Source: Octopus vulgaris (Eukaryota). Taken from it: 64,000 nucleotides of DNA. The DNA lies in contig OX597835.1 of the NCBI GenBank assembly GCA_951406725.2, forward strand, positions 43,958,001 through 44,022,000, in the 5' to 3' direction. The translations under genes were made by a program, and so were the position numbers. Shown here in pieces: positions 15,652 through 30,124 of the stretch (positions are counted from its first letter, which is position 1; each line of letters starts with the position of its first letter). The notes under the pieces were generated by a model. That model worked only from the letters and a program-made list of their open reading frames with translations, was not told the origin of the DNA and did no database searches.

Positions 15652-15860
15652 TGATTATTATTTTTATTATTATTTTTTATTATTACTGTTATTATTATTA
15701 TTGTTGTTGTTATAATGATTTCAATAAAAAGAAATTATCATCCTCTTCCTCATCATCATCAACATCATCATCATCATCATCATCACCATCATTATTAATA
15801 GAATTATTTGTATAATTATCGTTAGTAGTGTTGGTAGTAGTTGTAGTAGTAGTAGTGGTA
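13920..15860. repeat. Mosaic of (GCA)n, (CAT)n, (TAT)n, (AGT)n, (GGT)n microsatellites with short spacers
   Basis: Direct reading. Confidence 0.85.
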
Positions 15861-16347
15861 ACATTAGTTGCAGACTCCATTTTAGCTACAATATCGATTA
15901 TAGAATCAATGTTTTTGTGTTTTAATTACTTCCTCTTACATTTACAATCAAAGCCGATCGATCAGAACCCCCTACCTTCCCAACAACCCCCTTCCTGCCT
16001 CTCCTCTCTCTCCTCCCCTGCTGCACTCCCACCCCTCTTCCTTGTTCCTCCCTCTACCTTTTACCGAAACCGCAATTCGGTATTTCATTCCTCCTTCTAT
16101 TTATTGGTTTCACACACAGCACCACGACCATACTGGAGCAACGGTTTTTATTTTCTTTTTTTTCATATATATCAAAACACTGTCATCCACTATTTATACT
16201 CTCATTTTTTTGTGCTCTTTATGAACCTAAGTTCATCTTGGCGTAAAAGGCTACAGCTTGGGCAGGACGAAATTACATACGGGAAAGTAATTTTGCATTT
16301 TCTTTGCATAGATTTGTGACATCTCACGGCAATATATAATTATCACC

Positions 16348-16380
<33 letters not shown>

Positions 16381-16521
16381 CTCTCTCTTTCTTTCTCTCT
16401 CTCAAACGAATGGCTTATACGTGTAGCTTACTGGTAAAGTGGGATCAACTTCACAATGTTCGTTATATGTTTGTTTAATAAAAATTCTCGTATCTTCCAT
16501 TTTCCCTCTCTCATCAACCTC

Positions 16522-16554
<33 letters not shown>

Positions 16555-16586
16555 AATATATTTAAAATGGGGAAGGCCAGTTTATG

Positions 16587-16645
16587 GTATTACCTCAGGA
16601 TTCCCGTCCATAAAGGGTTTTGATTTATGGCGTATCGTCAGATAC
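16587..16645 (-). ncRNA. Type I hammerhead ribozyme motif in the left PLE inverted repeat
   Basis: GTAT-CTGACGA-stem II (CCATAAA/TTTATGG)-GAAT-CCTGAGG-TA-ATAC. GAAA is mutated to GAAT in this copy. Confidence 0.7.
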
Positions 16646-17241
16646 TAAAACCTGTTGGCGGCCTCCACTTCCAGCGACGCCATTACCAACAGTCCCGCAT
16701 CCAACAACAACGATGACGGTGGCAACAACAACAACAACAGCAACACCAGCAGATACAGACACAGTGCCAACGACACAGGACCACAGAGATACATTGGATA
16801 TTCTGGAAACTCATTCAAGCAACGTCTTCTTAACCACAGGTCCACCTTCAGAGTTCCGCAAAGGAGATACGTAAAATCATTCGCCAGCCATGTATGGCAA
16901 CTGAGAGACGATGGGATTCCATACTAGATCTCATGGAAAAACCTCGAGAATCCAGGCCCCTACATCAATGGGACAAAACGATGCAAATTATGCATAGTCG
17001 AACGGGCAAGAATCCTAAAGGACTCCCTCGAACCAGGGAACATCCTTATCTCCAGAAGGAAGACTTTCGGGCCATGTTTATATTTCAGGAGTTTCCTGCT
17101 AGCCCTTTGGGGCCAACATGATGGCGGCATAGCCGGAAGTCGATAGCCGATAGCCAAGGGAGATAATCCCCACTGTTACCTTTCAGTAGTCAGGTATTTC
17201 CTCTTCCATATTTTTAAGAGGTCTTGGGTCAACAGGTCTTG

Positions 17242-17302
17242 GGGATCTAACGATACACCATAAAGCTAAACCCTTTACGGATGGGAAACCTAAGGTAAGC
17301 CC
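17242..17302 (+). ncRNA. Type I hammerhead ribozyme motif in the right PLE terminal repeat
   Basis: GGGAT-CTAACGA-stem II-GAAA-CCTAAGG-TA-AGCCC. G5 is mutated in this copy and intact in the left copy. Confidence 0.7.
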
Positions 17303-17383
17303 ATAAACCGGCCTTCCCCATCTTAAATATATATTGCTCGTTTCGTTTTATGCTTTTTACAGACGTCATATATATATATATAT

Positions 17384-17450
<67 letters not shown>

Positions 17451-17454
17451 TACA

Positions 17455-17486
<32 letters not shown>

Positions 17487-17487
17487 C

Positions 17488-17552
<65 letters not shown>

Positions 17553-18901
17553 CATGTTTGTATGTATTATGAAACAGAATCCCAAAAGATTGATGGCGGC
17601 CTGCGTTTTGGAATGTCTGGTAACAGTAATAGAAATAGTACAATGAATTTCTCGTAGGGACTTGGGTAACCAACGTTTCGAGTCTTCTTTACTCGATCAG
17701 AGTAAGGATGTTTGCATGGAAATACAAGAAAATGAGCAGAGCGTTTAGATGTGTGCTTACTGCAGCTTATTGGGAACATAAGACGATATACAGTTATAAC
17801 ACAGACAGGATGTAGCAGAACAGAGAAACTGGGCGAAAAAAGGAAAGGTATAGAGAAGCTGATATAAACTTTGTGTGCGAAATTATAGGCTGAGATCCAA
17901 TATTTAGAACTGTAATATTTTGGGATCTCAGTCACAAACAAAAAGTCCGAGCTTAACTAAACTTGTCGGAATATGACAAATTTCTTGTTGCTTAACTTCA
18001 GACCTGAGCTATCTTACGCCTGATCAATTAGATCCAACGCTTTCAATGATACAATAAAGACTGAGACTACGGGATGGTAAAATTACTGGAGTGCCGTAAA
18101 AGAAAGCACACCGTAATGTATAAGTGTAATATTTTCAATTCGGAGCAAAAAATACCGGCTAAACTATGAATCATAAAATTCTATGGAAGAGAAAGTTCAG
18201 TTAAAAGTGAAGTATAGAAGACGTTATGATTAATCAATTATATCATTGGCTTACAACTTTTGTGTATTGAGTATAAGTGAAGAAAATGATTATATAAAAC
18301 ATAGTGTGGATTGTGGTTAGCTGAAGGTCGATCGCAGGAAACTTTCAAGGATAAGGAATTAAAGCTGTTTAGACACTATTACAAAAGCCGGTACATTACA
18401 TTTCTTATAGAGGTATAAGAGAAATGAGAATTTTTATGTTTTCATACATCAACAACACACAAAATCAATATATATATATCTAACATATGTATATATTTGT
18501 ATTCATATAATTAGATATATATGCATATAGGTATATATATATATATATGTGCGTTTATATATATGTATATGCATAAAAATATAGATATACAGTTATAGCT
18601 AAATATATGAATACATAATTATATATGTGTGTATGTATGTGTATTTGATTGAAAAGAAAAACAAGAACATATTCGATCAGAAGAAAAGAAAGAGAGAAAA
18701 AAATGGAGGTCTCAATGACATTTCCACCTCTGTACTGAACCGTGAACTAAGAGACCGATACATAATACCTAATAGCCGAAGCCATTAGAGGCTTATAAAA
18801 CATTAGAGGAAGCTTAATAGCGACGAATTTTTTTTATAAAATACAAGGACTACAATACAAACACACGCACACACACACGTATACAGACAAGCACACACAT
18901 A

Positions 18902-18904
<3 letters not shown>

Positions 18905-18951
<47 letters not shown>

Positions 18952-18986
18952 TATATATAAATGTATATATACATATATGTATTTAA

Positions 18987-19040
<54 letters not shown>

Positions 19041-19364
19041 TTATGTTTACGTACGTCAATTCAGGCGTACGTAGTGCGTTTGAACGCGCGCACAAAGGCG
19101 TATATATGAATCTGTATACATATCTATATATTTCATTATATGTAAATGTGATTATAGATTTATTTATATTTGTATGTATAGTATATGTACATTTACGTAT
19201 ACATACATGTTTTATATATATATATATATGTATTTAATAATTTAATATATACGTATATGTTAGACACACACACATATGTATATATATATATATATATATA
19301 TACAGAAATAGCAATCGGTAATTTAGGTATAGGAATAAATTTAAATATATGTAGATGCATATGT

Positions 19365-19412
<48 letters not shown>

Positions 19413-19436
19413 ATATACATGTATATGCATACATAC

Positions 19437-19490
<54 letters not shown>

Positions 19491-19684
19491 ATATATATGA
19501 ATGAAACGTAATACATTCTCGTTGTAAGCTTTTTGAATCTTATAATCTTCACCTAATGACTTTGTATTGTACTCAGTTCAAACCAAATTAAATTGCTACG
19601 AGTCTTATTTCGTTCTTGCTCAATCTTACGAACAATTTGGTAATTCAAATATTTCCTTTGTAATATATATATACATACATACAT

Positions 19685-19743
<59 letters not shown>

Positions 19744-19894
19744 TATACACGTATATATATATATAATTACATATATATACATATATACATACATATATAT
19801 AAATATAAATATGCATATATATATATGTATACATATATGTACATACATATCTATATGTATGTGTATATATACATATATACTTGTATGTATATAT

Positions 19895-19933
<39 letters not shown>

Positions 19934-20034
19934 TATACATATATATTATGCAAATATATACTTATATATATATTCATATATATATATATATTTATATATA
20001 TGCGTTTGTTTGTGTGTATATATATATGTATATG

Positions 20035-20079
<45 letters not shown>

Positions 20080-20244
20080 TCATATACATATATGCATATA
20101 TCAATTAAGTCAATCTACATTACTCGCCACACATTTATGGACGTGTGTATTGATATGGGTATGTATATATGTTTATGTGTGTATATATGTGTGTGTGTGT
20201 GTCGGGCACATAAGCACACGATTCCATCATATATATACATATAC

Positions 20245-20285
<41 letters not shown>

Positions 20286-20300
20286 TATATATATATATAT
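18905..20300. repeat. (TA)n-rich microsatellite field with short unique islands
   Basis: Direct reading. Confidence 0.9.
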
Positions 20301-21816
20301 ATACACATCTTTATACGCATTAATATAGAAATATATAGAAATTCGTAATTACAATTTTGTGTAATCATGCACGTAATGTTTTTGTGTGTTTATGTGTCTC
20401 TGTATTTGCGTGTGTATCTCTCTGTGCGGTGTGTGTGTGTGTGTGTGTACATCTACTTCTGTGTATATTTTTCTATGTGTATTTGTGTGTGTGTGTATGG
20501 TTGTGTGTTTGTGTCTAATTATTTCTGTTTGTATGCTTGTGGCAGTGTCATACCCATTCATGTGTGTGTATTTATATGTGCATGTATGTATATGCCTGTA
20601 TCATATATATATATACTTTCTAGTTCATCGTCAATTAACACACCCGTTTTCGATTCAGAGCGACACGTTCAATATAAGAGAAATAGAGAAACAGAGAAAA
20701 CCATAGACTTTCTAATACTTATGAAGAGATGACTCGAGTGCAAACATCCATTATACTCACGTCTAGTTATTCAATATATATATATATTGCCTGTCAACAA
20801 TGGAACCGCCTCATGACCACTCAATTAGCTAGAAATAGCAGTCAGATATGTCTCGAATCCTGACATGCCAACCTTCTCTTAAACGTAAAAAGAAAAAAAA
20901 AAAACCTTTCTTCATTGTGATCTTCAAAATGAGATATTTGGACATAATGACGAGATGGTCAAAACTGAAAGATGCTTGACCGCAACTCTGTTTATTCAGG
21001 ACTACACTGGGGTGAGGGTGGGGGTGGGGGATTAAATAGCAACAATTATTGCACTTCTAGATTTCCAAAACGGAATTTTTAACAAATTTTTGTCGTTCAC
21101 TTATTTTTCAACATGGCCGTATTGCAAAGAAGTTCACTTTACAGCCACTCGATTCTGGTTTGGCACCTTACGTCCACCATGGGCCGAGCTAATATAGTAG
21201 AGAATAAAGGACTGTATCTGGTGGGTCGCGGTTTTATACTCGTTTTCGACTCGGCACCTTTGTCCACAAAATGCTGGCGCTGGCCTGCTTTACCTGATTG
21301 TATGATAATCTGTACTCGTTTTAGTCACTGGCCTGCTTTACCTAGGCGGCGCTGTTGCATTGAAGGGGTTTGTCGAACAAATCGACTCAAGTATTTTTTT
21401 TCTTTTAGCGTTTGGTATTTATTCGATTGCTCTATATTACCGAAGCGCTAAAGTATGCAAACGTAAACAAACCAACACTGGTTATCAAGCGTTGGTGGTG
21501 AACAAAAACAAGCACAAAGACACACGCACACACGTACGAACACACACGCACACACGTACGAACACACACGCACACACACAGACACACACACCACGATGTG
21601 AAAGCATCTGATAAAACAGTGTCAACACTTGCAATTTGCTTGGATAACATTGGTGGGGCTGAAGAAATGAGGGACCAAAGAATGGTTTCTTTACTTTGAT
21701 TCAACGTCGCCGGATGGAGACATTTACTTAGAATTAGGCTTCTTAAGAACCTTAGGAATCTTAAGAGCCGGAGCTTAACCCGTATCCCAAAGTTTATAAG
21801 TGGCTGAGATTATACC

Positions 21817-22042
21817 TATTTCTTTATTACCCACAAGGGGCTAAACACAGAGGACAAACAAGGACGGACAAACGGATTAAGTCGATTATATCGACCCCAG
21901 TGCGTAACTGGTCCTTAATTTATCGATCCCGAAAGGATGAAAGGCAAAGTCGACCTCGGCGGAATTTGAACTCAGAACGTAGCGGCAGACGAAATACCGC
22001 TAGGAATTTCGCCCGGCGTGCTAACGATTCTGCCAGCTCGCC
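21817..22042 (-). mobile_element. tRNA-derived SINE, family B, with a 14 bp target-site duplication
   Basis: Head GGCGAGCTGGCAGAATCGTTAGCACGCC...GAGTTCAAATTCC. GCTGAGATTATACC occurs at 21803-21816 and 22043-22056. Matches copies at 48780 and 50566. Confidence 0.9.
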
Positions 22043-22219
22043 GCTGAGATTATACCAGCCTCCCCCATTCAGGGGGACACCGATCCGTCGCCGAGTTCTT
22101 CCTCATTACTGAATGGAGTTAATTGAACAGCTGAATGGCTTGAAACAACGTGAAATGAACTGTTTCGTCTCAAGGACATAATGCACCTTTGATTCTATTT
22201 GTGCATACTATTCAGTAAT

Positions 22220-22435
22220 GATGGTTTCAAATTTTGGCACAAGGTCTGAAATTTGTGGTAGAGGGGCCGAGAGGAGGGAGTAAATCAATTACGTCGACCC
22301 CAGTGCTCAGCTGGCATTTATTTTATCGACTCCGGCTAAGTCGACCTCGGCGGAATTTGAACTCAGAACGTAGAGAGACGGATGAAATACCACTAAGCAT
22401 TTTGTCCGGCGTGCTATTCTGCCAGGTCACCGCCT

Positions 22436-22501
<66 letters not shown>

Positions 22502-22505
22502 AACA

Positions 22506-22538
<33 letters not shown>

Positions 22539-22665
22539 TGCGACACAAGGCTGCACTGTAGGGTTTGATCTCTGTAGGGTTTGAAAGCAGAACGTGAAGA
22601 GCCGGAAGAAATGCTACTAGGCATTTTATCCGACGTTCTAACGATTCTGCCAATCCACTTCGCAG
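22220..22665 (-). mobile_element. Two diverged family B SINE copies separated by (CTA)n(TAA)n
   Basis: AAGTCGACCTCGGCGGAATTTGAACTCAGAACG and CTAACGATTCTGCCA motifs. Confidence 0.65.
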
Positions 22666-22799
22666 ACAGTAACACCAAAAACACCTCCACCACCACCACC
22701 ACCAACACCAGCATCATCAACACCACCAATACGACGGACATCAACAACGATATCTGTGTGATGTTGATTATAAAGGAAGCGACGATAATGAGCATCACT

Positions 22800-22996
22800 G
22801 ATGACAACAATGGCGATGGCGATGACGACGACGACGAAGAGGATGATGATGACGACGATGATGATGATGATGACAATGATGACGATGACGATGATGACAA
22901 TGATGATGATGATGATGACGATGATAACGACGTCGATGAAGACAACAACGACGACGGCGATGATGATGATGATAATGTTGATGCAAGGTGAGGAAA

Positions 22997-23036
<40 letters not shown>

Positions 23037-23277
23037 CGACGATGATAACGACGTCGATGAAGACAACGACGGCGACGGCGATGATGATGATGATGATGTT
23101 GATGCAAGGTGATGAAAATGATGACGATGATGATGATGATAATGATGGATGATGATGGATAACAATGGCGACGAAGATGATGATAATGATGATGATGATA
23201 ATGACGATCATGATGAAAATGATGAGGATAATGATGACGATGGTGATTATGACGATGGTGATGATAATGATGATGAC
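22800..23277. repeat. (GAT/GAC)n tract with a ~120 bp internal tandem duplication
   Basis: GATGATAACGACGTCGATGAAGACAAC...GTTGATGCAAGGTGA occurs twice. Confidence 0.9.
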
Positions 23278-23475
23278 AGTCCCTACAGCAGATTGCCAAT
23301 TTCAAATTAACGTCATTAAGAAAACGCGTACGCGCGCATGCGTGCATGTACGTTTGCGTATATGTATACACACAAATACATAGATATATGTGTGTGTGTG
23401 CGTGTATGTATAGATGTGTGTGTGCGTGAGAGAGAGAGATTGTGTGAGAGGGAGAGAGAGAAAGGAAACGAGAAA

Positions 23476-23509
<34 letters not shown>

Positions 23510-23944
23510 GGAGAGCCCTAAGTGACATTGTCTGCTGAATGAGGTGGATGTACTCAGTAGCTCCATCCAATAATTAATTACTCCCGAGACCCTTATAATT
23601 ATGGATTGGAGAGTTTTACTCCTATTTTTTCTAATTATATCCTAATTTATTTTATAATATAATAAATATATTTTATTATGTTTTACGTTTGATGTTTATT
23701 GTTTTTTTTTATCAAACTTCTTTATGGAATGACTAATGAATTTCGTAAAAAATGAAAGAATCGGTAGAATGGGAAGAAAGGGTGGTTTGGATGAGAAGGA
23801 CACTTGAAACAAGAAAAAAGGAGCGATGTGATAATCAGATGCAACAATCTAGTCGGGTGCAGCCTGGGGTAAGGCATGGTGGTCAGGGGTTGGCGATGAA
23901 GGCGTTCGCTGTCGCCTCTGCCCGATCTTTCCGACATGAAACAA

Positions 23945-24460
23945 AGGGAGGGAAGTGAAAGGATGAAAGGTGACGTTATATAGGAATGAGTTATGAAGAG
24001 GGAAAGGATGAAGTGGGGTAAGATGAAAAAAAAAGAGAAGGAAGAAGAAGTAGATGAGGGGTTGGAAGAGAGGATGAGAGGAAGGTGGTAAGGAAGAGAG
24101 ATGTGGATGAAGTAACGGGAAAGAAGGAAACAAAGAAGGAAACGAAATGATAAAGTAGAAGGGAATGAGTAAATGAAGGAAAGAAAAGGGAAGCAAGAAG
24201 AAATAATGAAGAAAGAAAGAAGAACAGAAGAAATTGGAAGTAAATAGTAAAAACAAAAAATAAGGAACTATGGGAGCGGGCGGAAGAAAAGATGGCGGAA
24301 AAGAGGAAATACAGAAGAGAAGGGAGGAAAAAGTGTGGAAAGAATCAATTAAGGTTCAACCAAAGTAAGGAAGACGGGAAGAAAATGGAGCAATAAATGA
24401 AGAAGTGAAACGAAAGACAAGTCTAAAAAATAATGAAGAGAAAATAGAAAGGGAGAAAAA
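23945..24460. repeat. Purine-rich (GA-rich) low-complexity tract
   Basis: Direct reading. Confidence 0.8.
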
Positions 24461-25499
24461 TCCTTTTTGTTATTAGTTCTGGATTTAATTACGGCCCCTT
24501 TATATTCTGAGTTGAAATCCTATTGAGGTCGAAATTACCTTTCATCTTTCCGTGGTGTTTCTATTATAATTCTATTGAAATCTAGGCTATTGATGGAATT
24601 ATGAAACTTGCCCCAGTGTTCGGTTTGACCGGTACTTTATTTTATCGATCAGGAAGTAATCAAAGGTAACGCCAGACTTCGTCTTCTATTATGAATCCAT
24701 GAATATAGAGGGCGCTTTATTAGAATAATAAATCGACACAACTAGTAATAAATCTACCCAGTATCTAACTGGTACTTTATTTTCGCAAGAAAGAAAGATT
24801 AAGGGCTATGTTAGTTGCTATAATTCTATCAAAAATAAAGGGCACTTTATAAGAACACGAATAATGGCCTCCTACTGAAAAGACGAAAGTCAAAAGTAGA
24901 TTTTGAGTTTTATTATAATTCTCTTAATAGCTAGAAACCTTTATAGGGATATCAAATATATCCAGTATTTGAGCTGTATCTTATTTTATTGATATCCAGT
25001 AGAATGAAGGGTAAGATTATTTGTTACATTCTATTATTATGAAGGATGCTCTATAAGAACATTGGCTCAACACTAATATTTCATTGGCACTACATTTAAA
25101 CCACTCTTATAGTTATGTTAACGCCCAAGGTCCCAATATAAACAGCGTATGGCCTTGCAGGTGGAGCCTCAGTAAAACACTCAGTACATAATATATTTGA
25201 AAATGAGGGAGTTTTCGGAACTTATATAGGTGGAAGAGACAGCATCAGTCTAAATAGTCTGATTATACTCAATTTAATCTTTCAATGAGTGTAAAATCTC
25301 ACCGATAGACAGCAATTTTGCTTCGTTTATCGATTTTTAAACCCTTAATTTTGTCGATTCTTTGTATTCATTTCTCCAAACACAAACCCAATATATTTCT
25401 ACACCAACCAGTGTATGCTTTTTCTCTTTTCTAAGAATCTGTTCTGACTTGAGGGGCGATTTCGTTTTATGGAATTGAAGGAGCATGTACATGAATATC

Positions 25500-26058
<559 letters not shown>

Positions 26059-26179
26059 TAGATATATATATATATGTAAGTATGTATGCACGACGGGTTT
26101 CTTTCAGATTTCGTCTACCAAATTGACTCATAATTTTTTAGATCAACCCCGCTACTTTGTTCCTTTTGAAATTATGATG

Positions 26180-26441
26180 CTTATTTTATCGCACCGTAAT
26201 GCCGAGCCACGGATACGTAAACAAACCAGCACCGGGTGTCGAGTGCTGATGAGGGACAAATACACACACACACACGTGTGATGGGCTTGGCTTCTTTCAG
26301 TTTCCGTCTACCAAATCCACTCACAAGGCTTTGGTCGGTCCGGGGCAATTGTAAAAGACCTGTACCCAAGGTGCCACGCAGTGGAACTGAACCCAGAACC
26401 ATGTGGTTAGGAAGCAAGCTTCTTACTACACAGCCATGCCT
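26180..26441 (-). mobile_element. Family A SINE, diverged/partial
   Basis: CTTTCAGTTTCCGTCTACCAAATCCACTCACAAGGCTTTGGTCGG core. Confidence 0.8.
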
Positions 26442-27054
26442 GAGCCGATATAAGTATATGTATATATTATATTTTACTTTTAAGAAGTAAATGCTTAACA
26501 AGGCAGAGCGTGTCCTTGCTGCAACATGTAGCATAGGTTCGCCATCAGAGATATAAACGAATTTATTTCCAACAAATTTCTATTTAGACTCTTGTTTATA
26601 AAACTTAGAAATTTTTTTTTTTACATAAATGTCTGTCTCGCAGAATAGAAACACAGCCATATTCATGGAATATTTTATGCATTCAATTTTAATTGTACAT
26701 CCTGTTTTTATTTGCTTTCAGTAAATTTTCTGTTTACGTCACATATACATACGAGTCACACATTGCATTTTATTATACGTAAGAAATATATATATATATA
26801 TGTAGGTATATATATGTATACATATAAGTGTGTGTGTATGTGTGTGTGTTTATGAAAGCTGGCGTATAGATGCACACAGACTCATATATCCGCGCACCTT
26901 CACGCACAAATGTAATCGTAAGGCCAGGACAATTTATCAGCTTAGAAAAAGACATAAATAAACTCTAATGCATGCATTGAATAACATTTTCCTCCCGTTT
27001 GTGCTTCCAATCATGTATATATACATATACATCCATACATATGCATACATTTAT

Positions 27055-27118
<64 letters not shown>

Positions 27119-27126
27119 GTATATAT

Positions 27127-27160
<34 letters not shown>

Positions 27161-27344
27161 GTATATGTATATGCATGTATGCTCACACTCTCTCTCATGC
27201 ACACATACACAGACATACACAAATATATATATACGTACATATACATATGGTATACATAATAATAATATATATATATAAATGTATATATGTATGTATATGT
27301 ATATACATACCTACAAACATACACAAAAATACATAAACTGTATG

Positions 27345-27415
<71 letters not shown>

Positions 27416-28226
27416 GTATATATATATATATGTATATGTATGTATGTATGTCGCTGGTAACACGTTTTGAATTTATACAAATCGAAATATTTGTGAAGCT
27501 TTTATATATTTTGTATGGAGAGAAAAGAAAAAACAAGAATGAAAAAAAATTAAAAGACAAAAACATTAGCGTTGTATTGTCTCGTATATTGTATTGTATT
27601 ATATTTCAATTGTATTACGTTACCATTAGATTCTAACGTATTTTCTGCCTTAATAGGGAGGGAAGTGGGGGATAAATGTATCGATTTTTCAGCACTAAAA
27701 CGGATAAACTACCAAGCAAAGTTAGTGTAACGTAATGCAGTGTAGTTAGTTCGTTAAATCCAACAATGAACACACTGTATCCAGTTCTGCTTTATTCCTA
27801 TTAACTGGGTGCCTACCAGCCTGACTACCTGGTCTGCTTCTATGCCTGCTCGCTTTCAAAACCGTCGTCTGCGCGCTCACACACATTGTTGAGCAAAAGC
27901 ATGTCACTTCCGCTGTTATTTATCTTTTATTCATATCGGTGTCACGTGCTAGCTCGTGTTTCGGTTGCTAGAAGGTGAAATATTCACTCAATCCTAGCTT
28001 CTCTCAGCTTTTCTTCTTTCTTATTTCATGCTTACCTGTTTCTGTGTTACCTTACAGGTAAATACGGAGAAGAAATGAGGAAGAAAGAAGGAGAAAGCGG
28101 AAAGCATCCATGTGTTAAGTACTTCTCTAAAAACTACCAAGAAACGTTTCATTCGCTTTGGTTTTATGTCCTTTTCATCTTTTGTTTTGTCCCTCAAACC
28201 TTTTGTATTTCGCACGAAACGCCTGT

Positions 28227-28227
<1 letters not shown>

Positions 28228-28318
<91 letters not shown>

Positions 28319-28360
28319 CCTACCTATCTATTTACCTACTTACCTATCTATTTATTTATT
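28228..28360. repeat. (TATC)n microsatellite
   Basis: Direct reading. Confidence 0.95.
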
Positions 28361-28597
28361 GATTAATCGATCACTTTAGTTTACAAACACATCACACACA
28401 CACATACATATGTTTGTACGTATGTACATATATGTATGATAAAGAGAAGATCGCATCCAATAAACATAATCGACCCTATTTCAGTTAAGTCGATGAATAT
28501 TTACGAGTTTCCACTAAAACCACAGAAGCTTATCCCTTGACCTCTATCAACCAGTAAGCGCGAAATCCGGTAATCCTGATTTTGCTGTTGTATCTAC

Positions 28598-28654
<57 letters not shown>

Positions 28655-28949
28655 TTGTAGGCTTACTATTAATACCGATACAAATATACATAGATTTATG
28701 TGTTTCTTGTTGTAGTTTAATTTTAAAGTTAGTGTTTAATCCTGTCTGGATTTAGATCGAATAATGTTGTACATAGGGTAAATGTGAAGGTTGTGTATTT
28801 TTTAAGTTTTGGTATGTTTGTTCCCAAACAAAACTTCTTTTTTGTGCTGTTGACACCGCCGGATTGAACGGTAGTGCCCAGCGGTCGAATCCATAATGAT
28901 ATCCGTGGGATAGCAGACGATGGAGGTATGTTGGATTGTTAGTATAGCT

Positions 28950-30124
28950 GTTTTTGTATATGTACTTTCGCTGATTATCTATGACTTCCATCAATCTATT
29001 TACAAGCTTTGTAATCCCATCAATGTAAACTTTTTTGGTTTCAAAGCGAAGAACTCTGAAATGTCAGTTTCGACCTCCTCCTGGCTTGCGAAAGTTTTGT
29101 CCCCCAAATGATTCTGTAAACTACGAAACAAATGGTAGTCTGAAGGAGCAAGTTCGGAATGTTTTCCCAACCAAGCTCTTCGATCTTCTGTGATGTGATC
29201 TTTGCAGTATGAGGTCGAGTATTGTCCTGATGAAACATCACTCCTTTTCGATTCACTAAAGCGGGTCTTTTTTTCTTCAAAGCTTGGTTCAAACGCCCTA
29301 ATTGCTGACAGTAGACTTGAGCATTGATTGTTGCATTAGTTGATAGCAATTCAAAGTGAATTACTCCTTCGCAATCCCACCAGATAGAGAGAAGAAACTT
29401 TTACCCATGAAGTTCCCTTCTCGGTTGTGGTTGAGCTTTTTCCGTTTTACCAAGCCACTATTTACGACGTTTAACATTTCGATAGAAGATCCATTATACG
29501 CCACCAGTTACAAGTCTATCCAAAAAGGGTGAAATGAGTTCGCGAGAATGGAGAGAAGAGCAGATGTCAACTCGGGATTTGCGGTTGCTTTCGGACAATT
29601 CATGAGGTACCCATTTTCCAAGTTTAGGAACCTTTCCAAGTTGTTGAAGATGACGATGAACAGTTGTATGGTTTGAACTAAGCTTTATTGCTAATTCTTC
29701 AACTGATAATACAGGATTTTCTTAAAGTAATGCCTCAAGTAGCGTATCACCATACTCATTTGGACGTCCTGTTCGATCTTCATCTCCACTTCTGAATTTT
29801 GCAAACGCTCTTCTGCAAGTTCTTTCATTCAAGCTTTTTTCCCCATAAACTGAGTGTACGTTTCGAGTCGCTTCGGCTGCAGGGTTTCCGTTTTGTACTC
29901 ATAATGCGTTATGTGCCTTAAATGCTCTTTGGATACTTCCATGGTAGGAAGAGATTTAATGAAAGAAATTTTAAGTCTATTATTTCGTAAAATAATATTT
30001 AATTAGCTTAAATGTACAGAAATGCTTAAAAATAATTTTAAATTCCATTAGACATTCTAAAATACAATTAAATTTCATTCAATTTTAAAAAGGTAAAACC
30101 GGACGGAACTTATAGGATGACCTG

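Larger units (their letters stand above)
16555..17334 (+). mobile_element. Penelope-like retroelement remnant: GIY-YIG endonuclease 3' part between ~100 bp inverted repeats, in a (TA)n context
   Basis: One frame 16655-17146 reads ...RYIGYSGNSFKQRLLNHRSTFR...SHVWQLRDDGIPY*ISWKNLENPGPYINGTKRCKLCIVERARIL...GPCLYFRSFLL, a PLE-type GIY-YIG with CxxC and one premature TAG. 16555-16657 is the reverse complement of 17229-17334 (about 85% by manual alignment). Confidence 0.85.

Noticed and set aside
16925-16927. In-frame stop in the PLE GIY-YIG as possible selenocysteine recoding
   Set aside because: The codon is TAG, not TGA, and is not at a cysteine position; simple decay is more likely.
21113-21451. 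112 aa ORF as a host exon
   Set aside because: No recognisable domain, and its 3' half runs into a SINE tail.
23722-23958. GC-richer segment with short ORFs on both strands as an exon
   Set aside because: No recognisable protein motif or convincing splice sites; a small exon cannot be excluded without RNA-seq.
29857-29870. CTCGAAACGTA on the minus strand
   Set aside because: It lies within mariner coding sequence with no upstream core; coincidental.
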